DNA of 64,000 nt, from the NCBI RefSeq assembly GCF_963921235.1, contig NC_086097.1:80292001-80356000 (forward strand), in the 5' to 3' direction. Source of the DNA: Mobula hypostoma (taxonomy: Eukaryota). The notes beneath the pieces were generated by a model, which had not been told where the DNA came from, searched no databases, and saw only the letters and a list, made by a program, of their open reading frames with translations. Both the position numbers and the translations under genes were made by a program. Position 1 is the first letter of the stretch, and each line of letters opens with the position of its first letter. Below are positions 25,840 through 36,547 of the stretch, piece by piece.

Positions 25840-26601
25840 CTATAAAACTAATGCACACACCGCGCGTTGCTTGGCTCCATCAGTAGTAATTGCCACCAGT
25901 TTATGAATGGGGATGTCATTTTCACGGACATATTTTTTAAACTCATTGTAAATATCCTCACCTCTCGTTCTTTCCTTTAATTGCAAAAGAGTGAGGAAGT
26001 CCTCCTTTGTTGTAAAATCCTGGAAAGCCATTCTGACAAATACAACAAGCTGAGCTGTTTGCATTACATCCACGGATTCATCGAACTGCAGTGAAAAATA
26101 TTCACATCCTCTGACAGTGACTCTACCCTCCTTGTCACTGTTGCAGGGCCAGGCAGCATATTACGTATTGCGGTTGTGATGCTGTTTTTGTTTTTTAAAG
26201 TCATTAAAAACAGTCTCTGCGGTAATGTCCATTGCTTCCCTGAATAAGTCGCCATCTGTAAAAGGCTTCTTGTGTTTAGCCAAAAGGTGACTTACATGAA
26301 ATGATATTTCAATAGCAGCCTTATTTTGAGCAGCATGTTTTGTGGAAAACGATCGCTGGGCCTTCAACCCTGATTTCAGCTCAACTTTCCAGGCACGAAT
26401 TGCGCTCTTTGGGAGGTAGGTGTCTTTAAATTTCTGGTGGTTGGTGTTGTGGTGCCGCTCCAGATTCCCTCTTTTAGTCAGTGATTGTGTTTGGTGGCAC
26501 AACATACATACACACTTGTCTTTCACCAAGGTAAACAGAAATTCTTCTTCCCATTCTGGATGGAATTTGTATGTTTTTGCCTTCTTTCGTGGAGCCTCCA
26601 C
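25840..26601 (-). pseudogene. hAT transposase remnant (GTF2IRD2/SPIN-like), frameshifted
   Basis: FHPEWEEEFLF..CVCMLC..NLERHH...H (BED-like zinc finger), KPFTDGD, AQLVVFVR..TRGEDIY..ITTDGA. A C-terminal STYLCE..FS dimerisation motif lies at about 25730-25830 and continues at 22490-22580. Confidence 0.9.
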
Positions 26602-27896
26602 TATGCTATCGGGATATCACGAGCGATTGCTGATTGCGTCGCCACTGATCTGGGCCGACATTCACGTGCCAGGTGGCACCTAATTAATTAGCTGGTTTAT
26701 TTCGGCTTTTTTTCTTAAAGATGTGCTGTGTGCATCTCGACTACAGCTGCACCGCTGCTTGCTTCGCGGCCCGGAGGTTGGGGACCACTGCCGTATATGG
26801 ATGTTTGTGACAGTCTGTACTCTTATCTAATCTGATTGGTCACTTTGATGCAGCACAGGCTACGCTGAAAACGTGGTGCCTGGCGGGGGAGCTACACACA
26901 TGCACACTGTGCAGAAAGAACGGAACTAAACCCCACAACCAGGAAACAATCTCTCTTTACAAACAGCTTTTTAGCGAAAATATTGCTATATTACCATTAT
27001 CCTAATTAGTATTACTTACTTTTATAATGCTCACATTACAACAGTATTTGTGTATTTGTTTTTGATTTTTCTTCAGGATCTACTGGGAAAGTCTCAAAGC
27101 TCGACCTGTCGATCGCGATCAACGGGTTGGCGACCCCTACCCTAGAGTGAAAGAGCTGAGGAATAACCTGATAGAGATACACAAAATAGTAGAGGCAAAG
27201 ATGAGAGGCATAAACTCTTTATCTCATGGTGGGGGTGGGGTATGAAAAGGCACACGTTTAAGATGAGAGGAAAGAAAGATGAGGCCCAAGTATTTTTGCT
27301 CAGAGAGTGGATCATACCTGCCAGAGCAGGTGATGAAACTGGATTCAATTACTATTTTTGTGACATACTTAAACAAGCACTTGAATAAAGAAGTCATAGA
27401 ACAATACAGTCTCAACATGAGGAAATGGAATTAGTATAGATGGGCAAGAATGGGTGGGATGAGCTGAAAGACTTGTTCCTGTGTTGTATGATTCTTTGAC
27501 TCTTTCTTTAATTGGGGAGAGTTGCTACTAACTACATGAATGCTGCAGTCTTGGGAGGAGAGTGCTCCCATCTGGTCTAAGGGGTCAGAACTATTTGATG
27601 GAAAGCAATGTCTGCAGGAGGTGAGTCTGTGCATTGGGGACATTGACATTTCCACAGATAAAATGCCTTTGCCCACTCTTGCTCTTGTAGCCCGAACGCA
27701 AAGGTAGATGAAGTTCCTTCTCATTGAGAATGGAGTCTGGGTGGGTCTCCCTAACAGAACACTGAGTCGCAAACTGTAAGATATGACAGAGATCATTAGC
27801 CTGAATAGCTATTGTGGTGACGATACTGAAAGTGATTGTAATCCTGATCTCCGTGGGTAAGGCAGTCCAGGAACATACACAAGGTTGTGTTTGTGG

Positions 27897-28728
27897 TGCG
27901 AGTCCACAATCCCTTATCCGAAATCCTTGGGGCCAGTTGCATTTCGGATTTCAGAATTTTTTGGATTTCAGACCCCTCCCACCACCCCGATACCAAAAAA
28001 CTCATATGCTCAAGTCCCTTATTTAACCTGTCTCAGTGAGGTGGATTTTAGGACCCAGCAGCACACCAAACCTACGTACATCCTCCCGTATACTTTAAAT
28101 CATCTCTAGATTACTTATAATACCTAATACAATGTAAATGCTATGTAAATAATTGTTATACTGTATTGTTTAGGGAATAATGACAAGAAGAAATTTTATT
28201 TCCAACAAAAACATTCAATAAAACATAAAAATATACAGCTTCAGACGAACCGAATCAAACACATGGTAAATGTCTTATTGGAATAAATGTAGAACGTCAC
28301 TGTCACTGTCACTATAAAACTTCAGTAACTTGTCTTTCTGTTTATTTAAATCATACACAGTGGTAGTTCTGACAGTATTTTCTACAGTAAGATGCCGCAC
28401 AGACATACCACAATCAAGCTTCTGCAATAACTCCACTTTCTGCGTTATTGATAGAGGAGATTCCTTCTCTTTTTCTCATTGTTACCCATAGGGGTATCTG
28501 CAGCTCTTTTTGACATTTTCACAGTGAAATTAAACAGTGAGCATAAAATGTCAGTGAACAGCAAATGCACGTGTAACCAGTACGAGCGCTGAGCCACAAC
28601 TGACGTCTGGTGGCCTCTGCTAGTGCTGCCACGTCACACCTGAGTGATGTCAGCTGTTGGCGAAAAAACTTCGGTCTTCAGAGCTTTTTGGATTTCAGAA
28701 TTTCGGATAAAGAAATGTGCACCTGTAT
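27897..28728 (-). mobile_element. Tigger/pogo-family non-autonomous element with a CENP-B-type HTH remnant
   Basis: TIR-like cacaatcccttatccgaaat / atttcggataaagaaatgtgcacctgta. Minus strand 28380-28520 reads MSKRAADTPMGNNEKKRR..SITQKVELLQKLDCGMSVRHL across a frameshift (psq HTH). Confidence 0.75.
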
Positions 28729-29058
28729 TAGAAGTCAGAGACCTCAATAAGAGCAATGGCTGTAGTTTGACTTTTAGCATTTGAAACAGCAAGTACATTG
28801 GTATTTTCAATTTTGGTAAATTCAATTAAGAACAGTTGTTTCTCAGACCAGTGAGGCTGAAAATCTGATGGGAGACTGTTTTTGCATGATGTCACTTGAT
28901 AAAATTTTATTCAAGGAAGTAATGCAACGGGGGAGTAAAGTTGCATCAAGAAATGAGAAGGGACGTTTACTGAAGGGGCTTAGGTATGTAAAGTGAGTGT
29001 ATAATTATAAATAAACTCTCTTTTTGGGCTTCCAGCCAGGTACAGGGATCGATTATAG

Positions 29059-29097
29059 CCGACATTTCGATGACAAGCTCTGCCATCTTCTTCAGGG
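29059..29097 (-). ncRNA. Minimal type-I hammerhead ribozyme motif in the Poseidon-type pLTR
   Basis: Minus strand reads cc-CUGAAGA-a-GAUGGCA-gagcu-UGUCAUC-GAAA-ug-UC-gg: full core and a 7-bp stem II, but stem I is only 2 bp. Confidence 0.6.
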
Positions 29098-31907
29098 ATG
29101 ATGCCTGGGCGTCCAGTTGAGTGGTATTTATACCACCATAGTCATCCCTCCTGATTGATAGTCCTCATCCAATCAGGTTTCCACCCTCCCATGTTGTTTA
29201 TAATCGAATTCCAGTTCTTACTTGGAGTGAGAATTTTGTATTTGTTAAAACTTTTTTTCCTCTAGTTTTATTTCAATGACTTTCTTTACCAGGCAGTCCC
29301 AAAAGTCATTGGCATGGCACTGTAGTTTTGTGCCATCGAAGTCGATCCAATTGCCATTGTGAATGCAGTGGTCTGCTACCGCTGATTTCACCGGATAACA
29401 GCTCCTGTGCTCCTTGATGCGAGTTTCCACCGTGAGTCCAGTCTGGCCAACATATGCCACTCTGCATTCACAGGGAATCCTGTAAATGCCAGCGGACCCG
29501 AGTCCCAGGTCATCTTTGATTCGCGTAAGCTGTGACTTGAGCTTTCTTATGGGTTTGTGGATGGAATTAATTCAGTATTTCTTCAGGATCCTGGTGATCC
29601 TTCCAGAAACTGTGGAAATTAGGGAATACAGGCGGTAGTGATGGTTCCTCCTCATTGTTAAGTTACCTGATTTTTCTGCCAGCCCTTTTCAGGGCCGATT
29701 GATTTCCTTCACATTCTGTAGGATCATCATGCATAATTGTCTCGGGGAGACTCTCTGGGCCCAAAATAGTTTTCACATGGTTAATCAAGATAGAAAGAAC
29801 CGCTCTACATTGGGAGGTGTGATGGTGGCTGTTATTGTTGAGTTATAAGTCCGTGTGAGTAGGTTTCCAACAGATGCTATGTCCAAGGCTACCGTCCAGT
29901 TTCTATCGCATTAAGATGTCCAAGAACAGGAAGCAACCATTCTTCTCCATCTCCATCATAAATTGAATGTTTGGATGGATGCTGTTCAGATGGTCATGGA
30001 ACTGCTGGAGTGCTGGTGACCCTGAGGCCACATGATGAAGGTGTCATGGACATATCTGAGGAAGCATTTGGGACATAAGGGTGATAAACTCAGAGCCCTC
30101 TCCTCAAAGTCCTCCATGTAGAAATTAGCAATAGCCAGCAACAAGGGTGACCCCATGGCCACTACTTCTGTTTGTTCATGGTAGTCCCCCTTGTAGAGGA
30201 AGTACGTCGCTGTAAGGGTGTGTTCATGAAGGTACCCTTATCTAACCACGATCACGAGAGGACCAAGCTGTCCTTAATGGGAGCTCTTGTGAACAGGGAC
30301 ACCACATTGAAACTCACCATTATGTCGTCCGGGTTCAGCTAGTTGAAATCAGTCAAATTTGTGACGTGATTCTCACAGCCCCCAACAAAGGGAGACAGCA
30401 TGGTTATCATATGTTTAGCAAGGCAGTAAGTCAGAAAATCTATCGCACTGATGATAGGCCTCAGGGGGGAACCTTCCTTGTGTATCTTAGGGAGCCTGTA
30501 AAGTCTTGGTGGTTCCGGCAGTATGTGTCTGCTGGCAGCCCAGATTTCTTCAGTAAAGCAGAGGTCATCCTGACAATCAAAACTATGGGACCCCGCTGTA
30601 GAACTCTGTAGGCAGGATTGTCCAGAATCTGTTGGACTTTCCTGTGATATTCCTTGGACAACATCAGGACCATTGCATTTCCTTTGTCCGCTGGTAAAAT
30701 CATGATGGCTGGGTTTCACCGTGGTGCCTGGAGGGCCAGTCGCTCTCCTTTTGTAATGTCCAGTTTCGGCAAAATGGCTCTTTTTAGGGCAAGGTAACCT
30801 CCATCCTTACCTCCTCCGTAGTATCCGTTGGGAGTTTTCAGGTTGCTTGCTCTACTCCGCCAGTGTGGTCCCAATAAAGTATGGCCCAGGGGACTGGAGT
30901 GAAGTTTAACCCCTTGGCGAGGACCGATCTAGTCGCTTTGTTGATGCTTCGTCCTGTTTGATTGATGACAATCCTTTCTGGGTCCAATGGTGGGATGGCT
31001 GCACTTCAACTGGATAGTTTGATGTATTTCCTGACATGCTTTGGTCATATTCCTTCATGAAACTAGTTCACCTTGGGCAGCTGTGGACCTGTCAATGTAC
31101 TCCCAATCACCAGGAGACAAGAAGGCTGACAGTCCCAGGTGAAGGGACAATCATCTGTTCGCGTTGATGTCCAGAGCAGATCTAATGTAATGGATACACT
31201 CCCTGATCAACACTCGGCCAGTTCATCATAGATTGTGTTAAGCCTCTGGAGAAATCAGCGTGGAACGCAACCTCACGAACATAGGAATGATGTCCTTGCC
31301 CCAGCATCTCAGAAGGAAGGCTAAAGGACAAAGAATCCTTGCCTTCTCTTTATACAATGATTCAAAACGATGGATATTGCGGTGAACTACCTTCCCATAG
31401 AGGTAAGTGAAAAAGGATCTACTGCTTTCCTGGCGTATATGAACTCTTCTTGGGCTTCCAACCACGTACAAATATTGATTATAACCAAAGATTCGATGAT
31501 AAACTCTGCCATCTTCTTCAGGGATGATGCCTGGGCAAGTCTAGTCCGGTGGCATTTATAACCTTGTGTTCCATCCCTCCTGATTGGTTAGTCCTTATCC
31601 AATCAGGTTTCCGCTCTCCAACATTGTTTACAATCGAATTCCAGTTCTTACTTAGAGCGAGACCTTTGTCTTTGTTAAAACTCTTTTCCTCTAGTTTTAT
31701 TTCAATGTCTTCCTTTACCAGGCAGTCCAAAAAGCCATTGGCATGGTACAATGGTTTTGCGCTGTCAAGGTCAATTCTATGGCCATTGCAAAAGTAGTGT
31801 TCCGCTATCACTGATTTCTCTAGGTAATCCAAATAGATACACCTCTTGTGCTCCTTGATGCGGATTTCCCACCACATGTCCCGTCGGGCCCGATATATGC
31901 TGCTCCA

Positions 31908-32460
31908 TATTGGACATGGTGGAGGATTACAAATATCTGGGGATACGAATTGACAATAAACTGGACTGGTCAAAGAACACTGAGGCTGTCTATAAGAAGG
32001 GTCAGAGCCGTCTCTACTTCCTGAGGAGACTGAGGTCCTTTAACATCTGCCGGACGATGCTGAGGATGTTCTACGAATCTGTGGTGGCCAGTGCTATCAT
32101 GTTTGCTGTTGTGTGCTGGGGCAGCAGGCTGAGGGTAGCAGACACCAAAAGAATCAACAAACTCATTCGTAAGGCCAGTGATGTTGTGGGGATGGAACTG
32201 GACTCTCTGACGGTGGTGTCTGAAAAGAGGATGCTGTCCAAGTTGCATGCCATCTTGGTCAATGTCTCCCATCCACTACATAATGTACTGGGTGGGCACA
32301 GGAGTACATTCAGCCAGAGGCTCATTCCACCGAGCTGCAGCACAGAGCGTCATAGGAAGTCATTCCTGCCTGTAGCCATCAAACTTTACAACTCCTCCCT
32401 TGGAGGGTCAGACACCCTGAGCTGGAGATCAATAAAGTATGACTATGACTATGACTATAT
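31908..32460 (+). mobile_element. Young Rex1/Babar LINE 3' fragment inserted in the Penelope element
   Basis: Uninterrupted frame YKYLGIRIDNKLDWSKN..RLYFLRRLRSF..SFLPVAIKLYN, then aataaa and a (tatgac)n tail. Confidence 0.9.
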
Positions 32461-32546
32461 TTACAAGAGATCCTGTAAACGCCAGCTGACCCGACTCTCA
32501 AGTCATCTTTGACCCACATAAACTGTGGCTTGAGCTTCCTTATGAT

Positions 32547-33677
32547 TTATACCTCAACAATAACAGCCACTATCACACCTCCCAATGTATTTTTGTTTTT
32601 TTTCTACTTTGATTAAATAAGATTATTATCCACAATGTTCCTACAGAATGGTTACAATGTTAAGGAAATCAGTTGGACCATTAAAAGGGCTGATGGAAAA
32701 ACCAGGAAACCTAACAATGAGGAGGATCCGTTGCTACCTCCTATCTTCCCTATATTTCCATTATTTTTGGAATAATCCCCAGGGTCCTGAACAAATACCA
32801 TCCACAAACCCGTAAGGAAGCTCAAGTCACAGCTCATGCGGGTCAAACGTGACCTGGTTTCAGGGTGGCTGGTGTTTACAGAATTCCCTGTCAATGCAGA
32901 GCAGTGTATATCAGCCAGCTGGGACGCACAGTGGAAACCCGCATCAAGGAGCACAGGAAGTGTACCCGTTTGGGTTACCCAGAGAAATTGCCAGTAGCAG
33001 AGTACTGCATTCGCAATAGTCATAGGATTGACTTCGATGAGCCAATGACTGGTAGAGGAAGCCATTGAAATAAAACGAGAGGAAGAGTCTTAACAAAGAT
33101 GAAGCTCTCGCTCTAAGTAAGGACTGGAATTCGATTGTAAACAAGATGGGAGAGTGGAAACCTGATTGGATAAGGACTAACCAATCAGAACGGATGGAAT
33201 GCAGGGGTATAACTACCACTGGACTAGACTTGCCCCGGCATCATTCTTGAAGAAGTTCTTGGTTCTTGGTTCTTGGTTCTTGATCCTCCAAAATATTCTG
33301 CATGGAATTTAAACTGGGGGTGGCGGAGGGTGGGCTTAAGAAGCAGATTTTTGAAGAAGAAAAGCTGCCTTAAATTTAATTGGGTTTGGTTGTGTGACTG
33401 TGTTAGGATTAAGATTATTCCATGCTATAATTGTGCGGGGGAAAAATGAATTGCTGTACACATCTAACTTGGTAGTTAGTATCTCAAATTTAGTTGAGTG
33501 CCCTCGTCTGCTCCTAATAGGTTTGGGTTTGATGTGGGATTGGTAGTCTATGTTGAGTTGACCATTTAACATTTTGTAAAGTTGGCTAAGTTTATCATTG
33601 AAACATCAGTTATAATTGATACTTGCACCCGGCTGGAAGCCTGAGAAGAGTTTACTCGTCATATGTGCCGGGAAAGG
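32547..33677 (+). mobile_element. Inverted 3' copy of the Poseidon-type Penelope element
   Basis: Reverse-complement similarity to 29012-29850; ORF 32865 AGVYRIPCQCRAVYISQLGRTVETRIKEH (GIY-YIG). Confidence 0.85.
33256..33580 (-). mobile_element. CR1/L2-group LINE 3' end with (ccaagaa)n tail, inserted into the pLTR
   Basis: ORF 33336-33572 RSRRGHSTKF..YSNSFFPRTIIAWNNL; ttcttgg repeats at about 33256-33282. Confidence 0.7.
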
Positions 33678-34054
33678 TTTTTGAGCATATAATTGCACAA
33701 CTCCATGTTAATCTGATTTGCAACTGCATTGTAGATTTACTTCAGGAGTTCTGTGAATGAGTTTTGTGGTGAGATCCCAGCTGGAGTAATATAGCAAGTT
33801 ATTGGCACCACTCATTAAGAATATTGTCATGTTCTTGAAAAGAGAACAACAAAACAGAATGAATCTTGCTAGCTTCAGTGTGTGGATAGAATAGAGGAAT
33901 TAGGGTCATTACTACAACAGAGAATATTTGGGTGTGATTTGAGAGAAATGCTTAAAATGATGAAAGCTTTGGAGAAAGAGCAACTATTTTCAGTTTCAAT
34001 TAGAAATGAGATGGAAGCCAAGCGAGGAAAACAATCACACATCGAGTGCTAATC

Positions 34055-34190
34055 ACAAACACAAGAGGTTCTGCAGATGCTAGAAATCGAAAACAACAAA
34101 CACAAAATGCTAGAGGAGCTCAACAGGCTAGGTAGCATCTATGGAGGGGAATAAGCAGTCAGCTTTTCAGGTCAGGACCCCTCATCAGGC
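34055..34190 (-). mobile_element. Neptune-type pLTR fragment with a degenerate hammerhead
   Basis: ctgcagatgctagaaat..aatgctagaggagctcaacagg; minus strand CTGATGA-ggggtcctgacct-GAAA-agct-gactg. Confidence 0.7.
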
Positions 34191-34567
34191 GTAAAGGGCT
34201 GTAGCAGTGTGACGTAATGCACAGAGAAGCAAATTTACTTATAGTATTATTCAAAGAGCAATCTGACAAATACTTATTGGAAAAAAATTCAGGACTATGG
34301 GATAAGGTTATCAGATGACTCCTTCAAAGGACCAGAACAAGGATAGAAAACCAAATGGCCTACCCGGAATGTATAGGATCAAATAAGTTACAACATTTCA
34401 CAATGTCTTGTTTTGTTTGATTGAGATACCAGGTTGGAGAATAAAATTAGCATCGATGGAGCAGAGTTTTCTTTCAAATGAAGAATGTTATGGTATAATA
34501 TGTCTTCACTACTATATAAACAAGTGTTCCCCATGGAATGCAGAGGCTGAGCTATCAGAGCTCTCAA

Positions 34568-36547
34568 GTCAGATGCTGTTTCTGGATTTCAGTTCAGTAT
34601 TTAACACTATTGTACCCCAGACCTTAATCAACAAACTACTTCTCCTTGGTCTAAAACCAAGTAGGTCAAATATGATGGCAGAATATAGCACTAATGGCAA
34701 GACTCTTGGCAGTGTGGAGGATCAGAGGGGTCTTGGGGTCCGAGTCTATAGGACACTCAAAGCTGCTACACAGGTTGACTCTGTGGTTGAGCAGGGATAT
34801 GGTGTATTGGCCTTCATCAATCGTGGGATTGAGTTTAAGATATATAGCACCCTGTTGCATCTATCTAGCACCCTGGTCAGACCCCACTTGGAGTACGGTG
34901 CTCAATTCTGGTCACCTCACTATAGGAAGGATGTGAAAGCTATAGAAAGGGTGCAGAGGAGATCTACAAGGATGTTGCCTGGATTGGGAAGCATGTCTTA
35001 CGAGAATAGGTAGAGTGAACTTGGCCTTTTCTCCTTGGAGCGACGGAGGATGAGAGGTGACCTGATAAAGGTGTATAAGATGATGAGAAGCATTGATTGT
35101 GTGGATAGTCAGAGGCTTTTTCCCAGGGCTGAAATGGCTAGCATGAGAGGGCATAGCTTTAAGGTGCTTGGAAGTAGGTACAGAGGAGATGTCAGGGGTA
35201 AGTTCTTTACGCAGAGAGTGGTAAGTGCGTGGAATGGGCTGCCAGTGGCAGTGGTGGAGGCAGATACGATGGGGTCTTTTAAGAAACTCCTGGATGGATA
35301 CATGGAGCTTAGAAAAATAGAGGGCTATGGGTAAGCCTAGGTAGTTCTAAGGTAGGGACGTGTTCGGCACAGCCTTGTGGGCCGAAGGGCCTGTATTGTG
35401 CTGTAGGTTTTCTATGTTTCTATGTTTCTTAAAACCACCACTATGTAACTGGGTGTTGGACTTCCTAATGAGCACACCCCAGGTAGTCAGGATGAACAAC
35501 TCCTCACTCCCCATCATCCTCAACAAGGACAAGGGGACCCCCAAGGCTGTATGCTGAGCCCATTGCTGTATACGCTACTCACTCATGACTGCATGGCCAA
35601 ACTCCCGCACAAGCACACCATCGCGTTCACTGATGACATAGCAGCGGTGGGGCTCAGCACCAACAGTGACAAGATGGCCTACAGAGAGGAGATGGAAGAG
35701 CTCAAGGACTGATGTCAGGCAAATAACCTCCTCGACAAGGCAAAGGGGATGGATATCAACTTCAGGAGAGCTCGCACCATTCACACCCCTCGTTACACTG
35801 GCAACACAGCAGTGTAAACCACAAGCAGTTTCAAACTCCTGGGAATTCACAACACACATATCCTCTCATGGTCTCAGAACACATCCTACACAGTCAAGAA
35901 AGCTCACTAATGCCTCTCTTTTCTGAGGAGACTGTTGAGAGCAGGACTTTGCACATATTCATGTTATTCTACCGATATACAGTAGAGAGCATCCTGACAA
36001 GCTGCATTACTGCTTGGTACAGAAACTGCACTGTGGTGGACAGGAAGGCTCTGCAACGGGTAGTCAAAACTGCCCAAAGCATCACCGGCACCAGCCTACC
36101 GCCATCAAGGACATATATACAGAAAGGTGCAGGAAAAGGGTCATTAACATCATGAAAAACCCTATTTACCTTGTTCATGGACTGTTTGTCCCAGTCCCAT
36201 TAGGGAGGAGGCTATGTCAGGACCACCAGACTCAAAAACAGTTACTTTCCCCAAGCAATAAGACTGATCAAAACCTCCACTCACTAACTCCACCACTATT
36301 TTATTATTTCCTGTGAGTTACCTTACGTACAGCCTTGCATCACTTTATGGACGTACAAGCAATCTAGGTAGACAAGATATCTTGTGTATTTATATGTATT
36401 TGTATGTTTTATTATTAATATTATTATAGTGTTCTCTATCTTTTGTCGTTTATTTTGTGCTACATCGGATCTGGAGTAACAATTACTTCATTCCCCTTTA
36501 CACTTGAGTGCCAGAAATGACATTAAACAATCTTCAATCTTGAATCT
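34568..36547 (+). mobile_element. Rex1/Babar LINE fragment (RT and 3' end), split by a CR1
   Basis: MLFLDFSSVFNTIVPQTL at 34574; GTPQGCMLSPLLY-like and FTDD near 35530-35640; FYRYTVESILTSCITAWY; tail attaaacaatcttcaatcttgaat. Confidence 0.85.
34660..35429 (+). mobile_element. CR1 3' fragment with 8-bp TSD
   Basis: Matches 8150-8920 in reverse; TSD taaaacca at 34652-34659 and 35430-35437; (ctatgttt)n tail. Confidence 0.92.

Larger units (their letters stand above)
22154..27139 (-). mobile_element. hAT (Charlie/SPIN/Buster-like) DNA transposon, internally deleted
   Basis: TIRs cagtggtcaccaacc (22154) and ggttggcgaccccta (27125-27139); 8-bp TSD cgctagag / ccctagag with central TA; transposase remnants on the minus strand. 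Confidence 0.85.
21560..27500 (+). mobile_element. Old CR1 3' remnant (21560-22153 and 27140-27500) hosting the hAT nest
   Basis: tggcaggtgaaatttaatgcagagaaatgt (WQVKFNAEKC) and gattcaccaggattctgcc. CR1 3' sequence resumes after 27147 and ends ctgtgttgtatgattct. Confidence 0.65.
29012..32545 (-). mobile_element. Penelope-like element (Poseidon/Penelope type): RT plus GIY-YIG copy preceded by a tandem 5'-truncated copy
   Basis: ORF remnants ILPADKGNAMV, PRLYRLPKIHKEGSPLRPIIS, VAMGSPL, RYVHDTF, GIYRIPCEC..YVGQTG..TRIKEH. The 3' end/pLTR at 29012-29460 is repeated at 31440-31905. Confidence 0.9.

Noticed and set aside
25840..26601. Host GTF2IRD2/ZBED-like domesticated gene
   Set aside because: Frameshifted, internally deleted and enclosed by TIRs and a TSD, so a dead transposase.
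34156..34189. Functional hammerhead (also 20170-20200, 31485-31523, 57801-57838, 58633-58670)
   Set aside because: Core, cleavage-triplet or stem I substitutions make activity unlikely; kept only as decayed homologues.
34408..35013. 201-aa ORF that looks like a novel RT fusion gene
   Set aside because: Chance in-frame read-through from flanking DNA into a Rex fragment and then an inserted CR1 bounded by a TSD.
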